Assembly (NCBI GenBank): GCA_905210525.1
Contig: CAJLXE010000001.1
Span: 1 to 26,267, forward strand
DNA from: an uncultured Clostridia bacterium
GTDB taxonomy: Bacteria > Bacillota > Clostridia > HGM11327
Direction of reading: 5' to 3'
DNA length: 26,267 bases
Shown here: in pieces, positions 25,016 through 26,267 of the stretch
How the letters are laid out: each line of letters starts with the position of its first letter
How positions within the stretch are numbered: the first letter of the stretch is position 1
Notes under the pieces: generated by a model
The model's database searches: none
What the model was told of the DNA's origin: nothing
Seen by the model: the letters and a program-made list of their open reading frames with translations, nothing else
Translations under genes and position numbers: made by a program

Positions 25016-26267
25016 ATGGAATTTATTAAGATGAAAATTCTGCCCTGTATTCTTTGCCTGACAATACTGACCGCTACAGTACTTGCCGCAAGCGGATGTA
25101 CCGCAAAGGTGCAGGCGGCAAATCTTATGAAGGGCATAAAACGCCAAAGTGTATCCGGCTTGACTCCGGACGACGAATTTATATACAGCTCGGCGGATTT
25201 TGCAGTAAAGCTGTTCCGACTTTCACGCTCAGACAGAGAAAATTCCATGATATCACCGTTATCGGTCATGCTCGCACTCGCAATGACAGCAAATGGAGCT
25301 GACGGCGAAACAAAGTCCGAAGCAGAACGCCTGTTGGGGGGAAACATTCCGCTTGAAAAACTTAATCGCTATCTTTACAGCTATGCAGAATCATTGCCGT
25401 CCGAAAATAAAGAAAAACTTAATATCGCAAATTCAATATGGTTCAGAGAATCACGCCTGACTGTCGAAAAGCAGTTTTTGCAGACAAACGCCGATTATTA
25501 CGGTGCTGATATATATGAATCCGCATTCGACAAACAAACGCTTAAAGATATAAATAATTGGATAAAAAACAACACGGACGGTATGATAGACAAAATGCTT
25601 GACAATATAGATTCCGAATGTGTTATGTACATTATAAATGCAGTAGCATTTGACGCCGAATGGCAGACCAAATACAAAAAGTCGGACATATACGACGGCA
25701 GATTCACAGCGGTAAACGGGGAGCAAAATATCGTATCAATGATGATGTCCGATGAATCAACGTATATAAAAACCGATGACGCCACAGGATTCATAAAACC
25801 GTATAAAAACGGCAATTACAGTTTTGTCGCACTTTTGCCCAACGAAGATATCAGAATAAACGAATATGTTTCTTCCCTCAACGGAGAAAAGCTTATAAAT
25901 ACTCTGAAAAGCGCAACAAACAGCGGTGTTACTGTGCATATACCGAAATTTACGTGCGAATACAGCATTGAACTCAACAACGCACTTAAAACACTCGGCA
26001 TTGAAACCGCGTTTGATTGCGAAAAAGCAGATTTCTCAAAGCTCGGTAAATCCGATGCCGGAAATATCTATATAAACAATGTACTCCATAAAACATTCAT
26101 TTCAGTTGATGCCCTCGGTACACGAGCAGGCGCCGCTACCGTAATAACAATGAAAGACGCAGCTGCGCCTATGGTTGAAAACGTTGTAAAGCTTGACCGC
26201 CCCTTCGTATATGCCATAATCGACAACAATACAAATATTCCTGTTTTCATAGGAACAATTATGAATA
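25016..26267 (+). CDS. Serpin (serine protease inhibitor) lipoprotein, cut by the right edge near its C-terminus
   Basis: Translated by hand from ATG 25016 (SD AAGGAG): lipobox-like AASGC, NSMISPLSVMLALAMTANGA, IANSIW, INNWIKNNTDGMI, INAVAFDAEW, IPKF, HKTFISVDALGTRAGAAT, LDRPFVYAIID...FIG. Not in the ORF track. Confidence 0.95.
   Translation, partial: MEFIKMKILPCILCLTILTATVLAASGCTAKVQAANLMKGIKRQSVSGLTPDDEFIYSSADFAVKLFRLSRSDRENSMISPLSVMLALAMTANGADGETKSEAERLLGGNIPLEKLNRYLYSYAESLPSENKEKLNIANSIWFRESRLTVEKQFLQTNADYYGADIYESAFDKQTLKDINNWIKNNTDGMIDKMLDNIDSECVMYIINAVAFDAEWQTKYKKSDIYDGRFTAVNGEQNIVSMMMSDESTYIKTDDATGFIKPYKNGNYSFVALLPNEDIRINEYVSSLNGEKLINTLKSATNSGVTVHIPKFTCEYSIELNNALKTLGIETAFDCEKADFSKLGKSDAGNIYINNVLHKTFISVDALGTRAGAATVITMKDAAAPMVENVVKLDRPFVYAIIDNNTNIPVFIGTIMN

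Noticed and set aside
24901..26250. Short ORFs listed over the right end
   Set aside because: All are explained by the plus-strand serpin reading frame from 25016.
1..26267. CRISPR array, IS/prophage, tRNA/rRNA
   Set aside because: No regularly spaced repeats, transposase/integrase motifs or RNA gene signatures were seen.

Overview
Chromosomal window from a spore-forming Clostridia-like (Bacillota) bacterium using standard code 11. No mobile elements, rRNA, tRNA or CRISPR were seen. The left 16.5 kb is on the minus strand. In transcription order it carries a GH95 alpha-fucosidase, a ~330-nt structured non-coding leader, an ABC exporter / DUF1854 / ABC exporter / ylmH cluster, a giant class A PBP fused to a D,D-carboxypeptidase (S11) domain, an Eis-like GNAT, an AbrB-type regulator and a truncated YnbB-type methionine gamma-lyase family gene that the ORF track misses. 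The centre holds a complete spoIIIAA-AH operon whose SpoIIIAG apparently lacks the beta-barrel insertion. The right side has a GT-C (PIG-V-like) glycosyltransferase, a LURP-one-like gene with a switch-like leader, and an ECF sigma / putative anti-sigma / serpin lipoprotein operon (serpin truncated, also absent from the ORF track). The most interesting items are the PBP1A-DacA fusion with internal repeats, the zinc-ribbon ABC-DUF1854-ABC module with its leader RNA and in-frame uORF, and the minimal SpoIIIAG. All family calls come from motif recognition by eye, not from database searches.
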